A stretch of DNA of 58,460 nt, from positions 1 to 58,460 of IMG/VR virus record IMGVR_UViG_3300028840_003750. One strand, written 5' to 3'. Below are positions 27,340 to 36,418 of this stretch, one piece after another. Below the pieces are notes generated by a model. The model searched no databases. It was given only the letters and a program-made list of their open reading frames with translations, and was not told the DNA's origin. Numbering within the stretch: position 1 is the stretch's first letter; the number at the start of each line of letters is the position of its first letter. The translations under genes were made by a program, and so were the position numbers. The stretch comes from a virus. Lineage: Duplodnaviria > Caudoviricetes.

Positions 27340-27957
27340 TTATCTCAGTTTCATTGGCCTAGAAAACCTAGGCTTAGGTGGTGGCTTGTGCTTTTCAGAC
27401 AGCTTCATAGCAGCCATAACACATAGCCAATGTCCGTCTGTTAGCTGCTGCTGTGGCAGCCCATAGTATCTATCAGGCTCTGGCGCCCCTGTCCAGCCAT
27501 TTTTGCATTGAGCTAACGACACTGCTTGCTGTACATTGCTGATATGCTCAGCCCCGATCGCAAGAGTCTCGATCCACGCTTCTGAGTCAATTCTGCCGAA
27601 TGTTGGAGATACATCAAGCAACGGTTGAACTACAGCTGAGGCTAGCAGATTGAAGTCTACAGTGTGTAGATCCATTATCTCGCCCAGTGATCCAAACACA
27701 GGGATATCACCCTCATGTAAGCTTAGTACTATAAGCCTTGCCTGAACGATTGAATCTCTGATAACCTTAGCCTCTGAATCGCTTTCGTCAAAAGCCTCCT
27801 CTATCTCGATGCTTGTTAGCCCATAAACGAAAGTTGGGCACCCTGGCCGCACAATACCCGGAAACGGAAGCGAAACAGGTAAGCGCGGCCTAGGTGCCCG
27901 GTTTAGCAACCGGAACAAGCGCTCCGGAGACAGGTGCTGTGGTGGCTGCCGTAGCAC
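27340..27957 (-). CDS. Putative tail assembly chaperone
   Basis: Position; YYGLPQQQLTDGHWL. Confidence 0.5.
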   Translation of the reverse strand: MLRQPPQHLSPERLFRLLNRAPRPRLPVSLPFPGIVRPGCPTFVYGLTSIEIEEAFDESDSEAKVIRDSIVQARLIVLSLHEGDIPVFGSLGEIMDLHTVDFNLLASAVVQPLLDVSPTFGRIDSEAWIETLAIGAEHISNVQQAVSLAQCKNGWTGAPEPDRYYGLPQQQLTDGHWLCVMAAMKLSEKHKPPPKPRFSRPMKLR

Positions 27958-27971
27958 TTGGCTACACTATG

Positions 27972-28352
27972 CTACTCCCACTTGGGAACCTTCCCGACTG
28001 ACTGAAGCTCGTATGCAGCGGTTGTCGCAGTCCCGGTACCACTTGAGATTGTAATAGATCGCACAAGGAATGCAGCGTTGATCTCCTTGGTTGACCCAAT
28101 CTGCTGTACTACAACGTTTAGCTCAGCATACTCAAGCTTTGCTTTTACCAGATCAACCTCCAGACCAAAGGCTGGGTTAATTGCATTAGTGCCACTTATA
28201 CGGCACTTCTGCGGACCAGGGCTAACGCCAGCTGCTCCCTCTACAACAGTATCAACATCCTGATCGTTATCTCCCCATTCAACCTGAGCATCAGTGTTCT
28301 CGGCAAAAAGAACACCTTCGATTGTTATGATTAGCTGAGTATACAGTGCCAT
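27972..28352 (-). CDS. Tail tube protein
   Basis: 126 aa directly after the sheath; VDTVVEGAAGVSPGP. Confidence 0.75.
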   Translation of the reverse strand: MALYTQLIITIEGVLFAENTDAQVEWGDNDQDVDTVVEGAAGVSPGPQKCRISGTNAINPAFGLEVDLVKAKLEYAELNVVVQQIGSTKEINAAFLVRSITISSGTGTATTAAYELQSVGKVPKWE

Positions 28353-28360
28353 AATGACCT

Positions 28361-29929
28361 CTAGTAGCTCGGACCGCCTTCGCCGATCTCAGCTTCCCAT
28401 GAGATTCGATGTAGCACAGCCTGAACGGTACACTTGGTCGGAAAACCACCGCGACCATTATGGTTCACCTGGATAGAATCGATCATCTCTTGCACCCTAT
28501 CAGGTCTAAGCAATGGCCCATCGTAAACCCCAAGCGGGTTATTGCCAGCCATATCCTCAATAAGAAGCTTGAGCATTGAGCGAATATGGCGCGGGATAGA
28601 TGTTCTTGCCGGCGGCGGCTGATTACCAATAGGATCATCTGCAGCATTAGGTTGTTTAGTGGAATCCCATCTCTGGGCAGCAACAGCCCAGAACAGAGTG
28701 ACCACAGAGAAGATATGCCCCTCTCTTGCACGATAATCAGGAAGAAGACTATCGCTCAATGAGCGTGTTAAAACGGTCCTTGTTAGCTGGGGTGTATTGT
28801 TCCCAATAACCCGCATGCTGGAGATACCAGCATTCAGATCTGCCTTTACCTCTGCAGCATTATGACGATCAGACACATTGAAAGGAATTGGAATGCCACT
28901 AGTAACGATTTCGTTACAATTAGCTGCCGGGTATGCAATCTCTCGCTGACGTAGCAATGAGCAGAAGTGTGCCGCAAGCATTGCGGTTGTTAAGTCCGAC
29001 CCTTGCTGTCGAATAGCCCTGGCCTGGACAGTGTTACACTGAGCTGATTGAGTAACAGAAGCACCTTGCGGCTGTGTACACACTAGACCAAAGTGAGCTT
29101 GCTGATCTTTTGCATTCACAGGCAGCAGCTGAGCTTTGAGCATAGCGAGGTACTCGCCAAGCCCGTTATCTGTTGCTGTTAGCGTCGTGCTAGCTGTCTT
29201 GGCAAGCACATGGTAGAACCAATTACCAGTGGCGATATTAGCAATGGCGGCTGACCAATCATCGTCTCCACCACCTGCTGTTATCGTGCTCTTTGCAAGT
29301 GACTGAGTATTACCAGTACCAGATAGCACCTTTATCCGAATGCCATGAGTCGCATCTGCCCCGATGATCTGATCTCCCCTTGGGCCTTTCTGGGCAGCGA
29401 TTACGTCAACCTTCCAGTCAGGTCCAGCGCCATCAATGGCGGCAACAGCTGTTACCTGTAACCTACCCTCATCCCAGCCATTCAGGGCATCCGCCAAACC
29501 CTCAGCAGTAGTCTGCTGATTATCACCATCTTCAGCTGAATATGTTGGGTACTCACTATGGCAATGCAGCTGCCAAGTTGTAGCCTTATCGGATACACCG
29601 CTTACTACTAGCTTTACTGCAGCATTTGCCCCTGCTGACTCAGTTGCAGCACATGCCCAGATTGTCTGATCTTGCGGTTGAGATACCTGTTGCCTATACA
29701 TGGCATACAGCTCTGACCGATCTCCGAATCTAGCACGAGCATCAGCATCATCTCTGATTGGATTGTCTTGATCTACAACATCCAATGGCTCAGAGCCGGC
29801 CGATGTACGGTTGCCAACTAGCAGCACGCCACGCTCCGGGGCTTGTCCAGCGCTTGGACCAATGGCGAAAAGATACTCCCGATAAACACCGGGAGTCGGA
29901 TCAAACGGATCTCTGCCTGTAAGAGTCAT
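28361..29929 (-). CDS. Tail sheath protein (Mu gpL-like)
   Basis: PGVYRE, VLLVGN, FGDRSELYAM, AAQKGPRG and LNAGIS. Confidence 0.9.
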   Translation of the reverse strand: MTLTGRDPFDPTPGVYREYLFAIGPSAGQAPERGVLLVGNRTSAGSEPLDVVDQDNPIRDDADARARFGDRSELYAMYRQQVSQPQDQTIWACAATESAGANAAVKLVVSGVSDKATTWQLHCHSEYPTYSAEDGDNQQTTAEGLADALNGWDEGRLQVTAVAAIDGAGPDWKVDVIAAQKGPRGDQIIGADATHGIRIKVLSGTGNTQSLAKSTITAGGGDDDWSAAIANIATGNWFYHVLAKTASTTLTATDNGLGEYLAMLKAQLLPVNAKDQQAHFGLVCTQPQGASVTQSAQCNTVQARAIRQQGSDLTTAMLAAHFCSLLRQREIAYPAANCNEIVTSGIPIPFNVSDRHNAAEVKADLNAGISSMRVIGNNTPQLTRTVLTRSLSDSLLPDYRAREGHIFSVVTLFWAVAAQRWDSTKQPNAADDPIGNQPPPARTSIPRHIRSMLKLLIEDMAGNNPLGVYDGPLLRPDRVQEMIDSIQVNHNGRGGFPTKCTVQAVLHRISWEAEIGEGGPSY

Positions 29930-29935
29930 TACCTG

Positions 29936-30280
29936 CTACCTCCCACTGCTAGGCGGTGGGCTTGTTTGAGCAATAGAAGCAATAAGCTTTTCATGAGCTT
30001 CATTACGCGTTTTGAAGATTCCTCTTTCAAGTATCTCAAGCTCACCCTGTTTTTCAGCCTTAAGCAAATACCTGTTGTCTACCTTATCGGTAAACTCAGG
30101 GAAAACCTCAGCTACTGGCTCATACAGCTCATGAAGCTTATACCCTTCATAGGTTGGGCTATCATAACCAGTTACCTGGATACCTGGCTTTCGCTTCATA
30201 CCAGCAAAGCGCAATGGCCTACCAGAGGGGTGCATTACAAGATGAGGTGGAATACCCCTCACCAAAAGATATCGCATCAT
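29936..30280 (-). CDS. Small protein upstream of the sheath
   Basis: Coupled ORF; RYLLKAEKQGEL. Confidence 0.6.
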   Translation of the reverse strand: MMRYLLVRGIPPHLVMHPSGRPLRFAGMKRKPGIQVTGYDSPTYEGYKLHELYEPVAEVFPEFTDKVDNRYLLKAEKQGELEILERGIFKTRNEAHEKLIASIAQTSPPPSSGR

Positions 30281-30828
30281 GGTGTCATACTCCCGGCCCT
30301 AAGCAGGTGCCATTGAGTGTCTTGAAAACGGAGATCAACGAACCAAGCCTTAGAAGCTGGAAGCGTTATCAATGAAACACTGGGCCCAGAAGGCGCAACC
30401 TCGGAAAAAATCTCATATGTATAAGCCTCAGTGTCTAGCCTTGTAATAGTCAGCTTTGTCCCATTTTGCACTAATGCAACGTTGGGAGCATCAGCTGTAT
30501 ATGCGCCTATTGTAAGCTGACGATTTGCAGTAAGCGTATTAGCTGGCAAAAAACGAACGAGCTTCTTGTCAGCTCGTATCGTTGCATCTTCATTCGCTAG
30601 ATTATCACCAGCATCATCTTGCTCAACTGGCACCCATCTTCCAGCATTCCCGCCAACATGGTTAAGGATATAGTAGCCATCTGCATAGCTAGCATCGCCT
30701 GGCACCCATTGCCTAAGCAGATTAGGCGCATCTAGCGTGATTGCGTAATGAGGAACAATCGGGCCCGGCCGCGCTGATAGGTTTTCAGCGGTTGGATAAA
30801 TCTCAATCGTGCGTATTGAAAGCGCCAT
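30277..30828 (-). CDS. Putative virion decoration/fibre protein
   Basis: WVPGD...DG..I......GRW motif shared with 40105-41445. Confidence 0.55.
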   Translation of the reverse strand: MALSIRTIEIYPTAENLSARPGPIVPHYAITLDAPNLLRQWVPGDASYADGYYILNHVGGNAGRWVPVEQDDAGDNLANEDATIRADKKLVRFLPANTLTANRQLTIGAYTADAPNVALVQNGTKLTITRLDTEAYTYEIFSEVAPSGPSVSLITLPASKAWFVDLRFQDTQWHLLRAGSMTP

Positions 30829-30834
30829 CGAAAC

Positions 30835-30863
30835 GTGCTAGGCTAGAAGGTGAAACGGAGGAA
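30835..30863 (+). promoter_or_regulatory. Antisense promoter/RBS of cassette D
   Basis: GTGCTAGGCTAGAAGGTGAAACGGAGGA. Confidence 0.65.
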
Positions 30864-30866
30864 GAT

Positions 30867-31151
30867 ATGAGCGGTTTCCAATGCTACTGCTTCAGTCATG
30901 CTGACAAGGTTATAGCTGAAGGATTAGATGATGCTTGGACTATATGGTGCGAGCATACAGGCGAGTCAAAAGAAGACTATGTTGAATACGATAACCCTCG
31001 TCTAATGAGACTAGATGAAAAGATAACCATCTGGTGCGAAAAGGATGGTAACATATCAGAGCCTGGAAATGGCGCCATACCTCTTAGCTATACTGTTGCT
31101 TTTTGGATAGCTATGGAAGGTCGTGGTTTTCTTTGCTCAACAGAGTGGTAG
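30867..31151 (+). CDS. Cassette D hypothetical protein
   Basis: GGAGGA RBS; start refined to ATG 30867. Confidence 0.75.
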   Translation: MSGFQCYCFSHADKVIAEGLDDAWTIWCEHTGESKEDYVEYDNPRLMRLDEKITIWCEKDGNISEPGNGAIPLSYTVAFWIAMEGRGFLCSTEW

Positions 31152-31153
31152 CT

Positions 31154-31459
31154 ATGCTTGAACCAGTTAAGACCATCCTGGTAGTAAAAGACAATGCTTC
31201 ACCGCAGCTATGCAGGGTCAGTGAAGCTAGCTTTCGTTTACATACCAGGTTTAGACTTGCCGATGAGGCTAGAGAGTATAGACAATACCTAGGTGAGCTT
31301 TTCGGATGGGTACCAGAAACAACCTACATATGCTCAATATGTGGGAACGAGAAAGACAGGGCGATGGGCTATTATGGCCCAAGTAATACATGCGTAAACT
31401 GCTATGTAGCTAACGGGAAAAGATACCCAAACAGGTGGATAGATCCATTCAAAGACTAG
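31154..31459 (+). CDS. Cassette D zinc-finger protein
   Basis: CSIC...CVNC; its stop interlocks with the opposite gene in CTAG (31456-31459). Confidence 0.7.
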   Translation: MLEPVKTILVVKDNASPQLCRVSEASFRLHTRFRLADEAREYRQYLGELFGWVPETTYICSICGNEKDRAMGYYGPSNTCVNCYVANGKRYPNRWIDPFKD

Positions 31460-32217
31460 ATCCCATCTGGTGTGTAGCTACCGTCTGGATAGGTAAACGT
31501 CCTTTCCAGCACAGGTACGCCGTCATGACAGATGCTCACAGGGCTATCTGCTATTGGTATAGTTACGCTTGATTGTTTGGTTAGCTCTTCTACCTCAACG
31601 ATGGCTACCAGAGCAGGATAGTCCTTGCCGCTTGCTTTCGCTCCAACCTTAAAGACAGAAGCGTCATCAATACCGATCCGTCTAATTGCTCTGCTACCTA
31701 TGAAGCGAAAGTCCCATGTAGCTGTATCCCCTATCAGATCTTTGACATAGGTTCCAGTTGCTACTCCGTCATACCCAGACTGTGGGAATGTCGGGTGAAA
31801 CCCATCGTTGCTACACTGTGTTAGCACAGAAGCAACAGCATTCAATAGTCCTGTTCGAAGCTCCAACGCTGCACGACTAGGCAGCTCTTCAGCAATATAC
31901 ATTAGATGTATATTGCGTAGTCGTCGCACTATGAACGTGGTGAACAGTGACTCTGTGCTTTGACCTGGCCACCATATATACAGCGATGGGACAGGTCGCT
32001 TAACCTTATGTCCCCTTGGCTCGTCAGGATCGAAGTCGAAGGCATGTTTGCTAGGAACAGCTTGTGATGATGTGCCGTTGAGCTTGGCTAGCTTGGTGTT
32101 TAGGTTTGCATTGAGACAATGAGCATAGAAGTCCAGCAGCAAAGAGACAACAGGATCTGATAGCTTCTCCTGTGCTCTCCCAGCTGGTATCGGTAGCTCT
32201 AATGCCCCTACGCTCAT
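31456..32217 (-). CDS. Putative tail terminator/neck protein
   Basis: Position upstream of the sheath; PSLYIWW. Confidence 0.5.
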   Translation of the reverse strand: MSVGALELPIPAGRAQEKLSDPVVSLLLDFYAHCLNANLNTKLAKLNGTSSQAVPSKHAFDFDPDEPRGHKVKRPVPSLYIWWPGQSTESLFTTFIVRRLRNIHLMYIAEELPSRAALELRTGLLNAVASVLTQCSNDGFHPTFPQSGYDGVATGTYVKDLIGDTATWDFRFIGSRAIRRIGIDDASVFKVGAKASGKDYPALVAIVEVEELTKQSSVTIPIADSPVSICHDGVPVLERTFTYPDGSYTPDGI

Positions 32218-32960
32218 ATTGTGCTTACTACGGCTCCGTCTGATACTCTACGCCAGTTTGAGCTATCACTAGTAGCCATAGTGCGGCCACCTACATCGTC
32301 TGTTACTATGCAAGTCTGACCAGACGGAGATGGGCTCTTGTAGCCTGGGTTTGAGACATTTGTAAGCTCATCGACTGTGTACGCAGTGATCTGTAATGTC
32401 CCGTCCCTTACCTCTAGACCACGAGCGATAACACGCGACCCGTCAGTTGTAGCAATCTGAACTGCAGGGTATAGCTGAAGCCTTCTAGCTGATGCACTAA
32501 ACCTTACATACGGACTATCAGCGTCATCATGAATACCTATAGTCCCACGAAACGTTAAGTTGCTATCACGAGCTGAAGCTAGGTTATGCCAAAATGATAG
32601 TGGACGCTTCTTTATACCATTATAGAAGCAATCTATGTGGATCTCCTGCTGCTCCTGATCTATTCCGTCAGGAGGCGGTGGACTGTAATAGCTACCCTCA
32701 ATAGCAATAGCTAAAGCTGGGATAGAAGGACTAATCGGATTGGTATTGTTGTCAATGTTAACACCAAACCATCCGACAGTGTTCTTTTTGAATGTAGGCG
32801 CTGCAGGATCATTGTCGAATGTCCTAAACAGCACTCGTCCAGTATAGTCACCAGCATCATAGATGTGAGAGCTATACTGATCACCAGTATCAGGTGCTAT
32901 ACCCATCAGAAGATTCCTTAGTCTTTTAAAAAGACCTAGCCCTAGCCCAAGTCTGCTCAT
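32214..32960 (-). CDS. Putative head/collar fibre protein
   Basis: N-terminal LGLGLGL; C-terminal YTVDEL...TMATSDSSNWRRVSDG. Confidence 0.55.
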   Translation of the reverse strand: MSRLGLGLGLFKRLRNLLMGIAPDTGDQYSSHIYDAGDYTGRVLFRTFDNDPAAPTFKKNTVGWFGVNIDNNTNPISPSIPALAIAIEGSYYSPPPPDGIDQEQQEIHIDCFYNGIKKRPLSFWHNLASARDSNLTFRGTIGIHDDADSPYVRFSASARRLQLYPAVQIATTDGSRVIARGLEVRDGTLQITAYTVDELTNVSNPGYKSPSPSGQTCIVTDDVGGRTMATSDSSNWRRVSDGAVVSTI

Positions 32961-33610
32961 TAGATGTAGACTGTAATAGGATCGGAAGTGGTTCCAGGAC
33001 CATACACACGCCCAAAAAACACATCATGTCTCTCCCCGTCAGCTCCTGGCAGTAATCCCCTATACCTGCTAAGCACGGTAGGGTCTGAGGGCACATCTCC
33101 GTCATAACCTAGGCGGATGTTACCAGTTGAGCCATGTCGGATCTGTCTCCCAAAGGCAGGTCTAGCCCTTCCAACATCAGCAAAGTCGAGCATGATATCA
33201 CGAACACCAAACTCAAAAGACCCGCCACCAAGCAGCTGAGCAGGTACGACTAACTTAGTAGGCTTCAATATACCTTGCTCAATCCCACATGACACTGTCT
33301 CTCCGCCGTCTGTATCTGTTAGGTATACTCTAGCGGTTGCTTCCACCCCATCCCAGTTAGGTCCTGTAAAAAAGATTGGATCAGTCGTGTTATACCTACC
33401 AGCTGCTACAGACGTTGTAACAGATACACCACGAGGTAGGCGCCAATCATCAAGAGACATTAGCGCTCCGTTAAGAGCTGCCCCGGTATACTCCTGCTCT
33501 GACGTGCTTGTCCCGATGCTTGTCTTGATCCCATTAGGATCTACGATCTCGGAAAGCGCAAACACATGCGCCATCTTGGCCGGATATAGTTTCTCTGTAG
33601 CAGCTCCCAT
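32960..33610 (-). CDS. Putative virion structural protein
   Basis: Coupled in the head-neck region. Confidence 0.55.
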   Translation of the reverse strand: MGAATEKLYPAKMAHVFALSEIVDPNGIKTSIGTSTSEQEYTGAALNGALMSLDDWRLPRGVSVTTSVAAGRYNTTDPIFFTGPNWDGVEATARVYLTDTDGGETVSCGIEQGILKPTKLVVPAQLLGGGSFEFGVRDIMLDFADVGRARPAFGRQIRHGSTGNIRLGYDGDVPSDPTVLSRYRGLLPGADGERHDVFFGRVYGPGTTSDPITVYI

Positions 33611-34071
33611 TAGAACACACCTCCGGCGAAAGTCATACGTTGCTCTTGCTCTTCATCATTCGGATCTGCAGGGTAAACCTCAGCACCCTCATTGTATGCC
33701 TGACTCTGCTCTTGATCAAGCTCGATCTCCCTTAGCCTGAGATCCATGAGCTTTTCCTTTAGCTCTTCTTTTCGCTTATCCCATCCGCCTCTTGTGTACT
33801 CAGGATGCCGTCTACCCATACGGATCTCAAATGCATCCAGGCATACTGTTACCAGATCTCTGGGCATAGGATCTAGTGCTCTGATCTTTGCGATAGAGTC
33901 TGCCCCATATGTCTTACGAAGCTGTGTCTCTACGTCAAGCCCTTCAGCATCATCAATGAACGCATTAACATTGTCTTTCCAATGCCCATCCTGCTCATCG
34001 TCGAAAACGTCTAGCATCAGCTCACGAGTGATTCGACGTTTCACGTTTTCGATGTTGATGTAATAGCCCAT
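33610..34071 (-). CDS. Head-tail adaptor (Mu gp36/DUF1320-like)
   Basis: YYINIENV, FIDDAE..VETQLRKTY, PRDLVTVCLD and LMDLRLREIELD. Confidence 0.7.
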   Translation of the reverse strand: MGYYINIENVKRRITRELMLDVFDDEQDGHWKDNVNAFIDDAEGLDVETQLRKTYGADSIAKIRALDPMPRDLVTVCLDAFEIRMGRRHPEYTRGGWDKRKEELKEKLMDLRLREIELDQEQSQAYNEGAEVYPADPNDEEQEQRMTFAGGVF

Positions 34072-34073
34072 TC

Positions 34074-34101
34074 GTGTTATGTTTCACGTGAAACGGAGGA
34101 G
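34074..34101 (+). promoter_or_regulatory. Antisense promoter with embedded parS-like site (34080-34095)
   Basis: GTGTTATGTTTCACGTGAAACGGAGGAG. Confidence 0.8.
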
Positions 34102-34104
34102 ATA

Positions 34105-34245
34105 ATGAAAGTTCTAGCTTCGATCCACACACCGCAAAATGAGTCTAGGGAGACACCAGATCCTGAGCTATTAAGGCCATTGCTTTGGAATGCGAAAAGA
34201 TCCCACGATAGACGAAAAAAGGATGGGATTTATAACCACCGCTAG
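34105..34245 (+). CDS. Cassette E 46-aa micro-ORF
   Basis: Hand-translated as MKVLASIHTPQNESRETPDPELLRPLLWNAKR..., after GGAGGAG. Confidence 0.45.
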   Translation: MKVLASIHTPQNESRETPDPELLRPLLWNAKRSHDRRKKDGIYNHR

Positions 34246-34311
34246 GACGGGTGTTTATGGTGTCAACTTGTTCCAAGAGAATGGCAAAGATGGTTTCTTG
34301 GAACTAGCTAG

Positions 34312-34539
34312 CTATGCAGCAGCCCAACCTTCCCAGGTAAACCCTTCCTCGATCAGCTCGTCTAGCATTCCCTCTGGGAAGCTACGAGTCTGACCTTGGA
34401 TAACGAATACCTCTGTCCCATCTTGTAGCTCTGTCTCGTATGGTCCTGGTCCTGACCAATGTAATCGCACATAGTGCTCGCCCTTGACCTTTGGCCTACC
34501 AGGATACTTTTTCGGATCTGCTTTCTTGAATTCAGGCAT
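34312..34539 (-). CDS. Small protein downstream of the capsid gene
   Basis: GAGGG RBS; 75 aa. Confidence 0.65.
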   Translation of the reverse strand: MPEFKKADPKKYPGRPKVKGEHYVRLHWSGPGPYETELQDGTEVFVIQGQTRSFPEGMLDELIEEGFTWEGWAAA

Positions 34540-34565
34540 TGCTTCCGTTCCCTCGATATGGTGCC

Positions 34566-34617
34566 TAGCGCTGGCGGTAGCTAAATGTCTCTGATAACAT
34601 GCTACCGCCTAGCGCTA
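34566..34617 (-). terminator. Long hairpin after the major capsid gene (attenuator or processing site)
   Basis: TAGCGCTGGCGGTAGC / GCTACCGCCTAGCGCTA inverted repeat; no clear U-tract. Confidence 0.5.
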
Positions 34618-34630
34618 TATAGCACAATCT

Positions 34631-35938
34631 CTAGCCGATGGGCGTCTCGTAGAGATAGCCACAATCGTTACAGATAACGATCTCTACCTCGTTGGTAGCT
34701 ACCTTGACGTAGAACACCCCAGCTGTTCCCTTGCGCCCATCAAACCACTGTGTGGTAATGATACCATCCTGTGAGAATTGTACATTGGGAGCACCGGCCA
34801 TTGTCCACCGTAGGAATGCACAGAAGAAAGCATTCTTCCTGGTAGCCTGCCCAACTGGCACACGGAGCAAGAACCACTTATCAGGCCAGATGCGCTGATA
34901 GGTGGCCGTCTTTGCCTCATTGCCAGTTGCCTCACGCGCCTCACCGATAACGTATCGATCAGCTCTAAGGAACTGAGCAATCATGTCAGGTGTTGCAAGC
35001 CCTGGCGAGCTGCCATTGTATTGGAACAGCCCAAGCATCTGCGGATGACGTGATAGGACATGATACACAGCCAACGAGCTACCCATGACAAGCTCGGTTG
35101 GTCCAATGCCTTCCCAAACCGCAGCACGGGCATCCTGCATATTCTTGATAGGATATCCGCCACCAGCACTATCCCAGCGATTAGCAGCAGCAATCGGCGT
35201 TGTATTTGTAGACGCATAGTTGCTAGCAGTAGTAACGAGATCTCTGGTTCGCTGCTCACGACGAAGGTCCAGAGTCTGGAGAACGGTTTCCTGATCGGTA
35301 GCAAGCACGTCATAGGGAGCGTCAGCATTGGCTACATCTTCACCATAAGACTTAGCCTTATGGCCCCTACCCTCGGTAGTAAAGAGCCGATTCCCGATGT
35401 CCCATTCAACCTCATTGGCATCGCCACCCTTACCAAGAGCATCATCAGGAGCCTGAAGAGCATTTCGCTTGCTCCAATCAGGGATCTTGTCTGTCTGCTT
35501 TGGCACTGGAACAACAGCGCAAAGCATAGGCCAGATATGCGACTGATTAGCATAGGCAACAGAAAGATTCGTCAGCAGCTGATCATGGTGCAGATTACCA
35601 GCAGTAATTACACCCTTCTCATGCGATGCACAGATATCGCTATACCACTTCTGAGCATCAAGGATCTTTCGCACATTACGTTTTGATCCGCGACCATGCG
35701 CGAGATCCTTTAGTACAGCGAGCTTGTGACGATACAGCTCTTCTTGTCGTTCTGCGTTAGGATTGCGGGTGTACTTGCTAAGAAGCGACCCTGCATTCTG
35801 TGGCAATCCTTTGCGTCCAAGACCACCATTGATCAGATCTGCGATCTCAGACATCTGTGCATCAGACAGCTGGATATACTCCTGACCAGTGATCGGATGT
35901 CGCTGGATACCACCTTGAATTCTAGGATTAGGAGACAT
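34631..35938 (-). CDS. Major capsid protein
   Basis: LLTNLSVAYAN, VPVPKQ, LRREQR, WDSAGGGYPIKNM and DCGYLYE; position. Confidence 0.85.
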   Translation of the reverse strand: MSPNPRIQGGIQRHPITGQEYIQLSDAQMSEIADLINGGLGRKGLPQNAGSLLSKYTRNPNAERQEELYRHKLAVLKDLAHGRGSKRNVRKILDAQKWYSDICASHEKGVITAGNLHHDQLLTNLSVAYANQSHIWPMLCAVVPVPKQTDKIPDWSKRNALQAPDDALGKGGDANEVEWDIGNRLFTTEGRGHKAKSYGEDVANADAPYDVLATDQETVLQTLDLRREQRTRDLVTTASNYASTNTTPIAAANRWDSAGGGYPIKNMQDARAAVWEGIGPTELVMGSSLAVYHVLSRHPQMLGLFQYNGSSPGLATPDMIAQFLRADRYVIGEAREATGNEAKTATYQRIWPDKWFLLRVPVGQATRKNAFFCAFLRWTMAGAPNVQFSQDGIITTQWFDGRKGTAGVFYVKVATNEVEIVICNDCGYLYETPIG

Positions 35939-35964
35939 TGTATTCTTTCTCTCTTTCCTTGCTG

Positions 35965-36390
35965 TTATGTGCTGATACGGTTCACGGTGATTAGCTGTGC
36001 ACCAACCGTATCTCCTACTGTGCCAGTCTGCATGAATAGCACATAGATGTTATTGGCAGTAGCTCCGCCAGCAGCTTGAGCAGGCGCATCTGTCCAGCCA
36101 TCATTCCCAGATGACCATACTCCCTTCTTGCCACGGGTACATCCACCAGTGCCTACCCTTACACGAACAACCGGAGCAAACAGATTGACTGTTACCTGTA
36201 CACCATCTCCGCCTGTTACAGTTGAATCAAAGACCCCAAAAAACTCATCAGAGTCTGCAGAAGGGTCCTTGGCATGGTTTCCCGTTCCGTCCCATACAGC
36301 CGGATAACCACGGGTTGCTGTCTCACCGGTCTTTACCCCAACGGTCCACTGTGTCAGGTTGTACGTAAGCTGAATCGCTGTTCCGCTCAT
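35965..36390 (-). CDS. Head decoration/cement protein
   Basis: Size, position before the capsid gene, VRVGTGGCTRG. Confidence 0.7.
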   Translation of the reverse strand: MSGTAIQLTYNLTQWTVGVKTGETATRGYPAVWDGTGNHAKDPSADSDEFFGVFDSTVTGGDGVQVTVNLFAPVVRVRVGTGGCTRGKKGVWSSGNDGWTDAPAQAAGGATANNIYVLFMQTGTVGDTVGAQLITVNRIST

Positions 36391-36418
36391 AATCTAATAT
36401 CTCCTATACCAAGTCTAC

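Noticed and set aside
35060-35686. Long opposite-strand or alternate-frame ORFs (for example 35060-35686, 38427-38963, 51238-51720, 29843-30316)
   Set aside because: They shadow well-supported genes, are Ser-rich, and lack an RBS and motifs.
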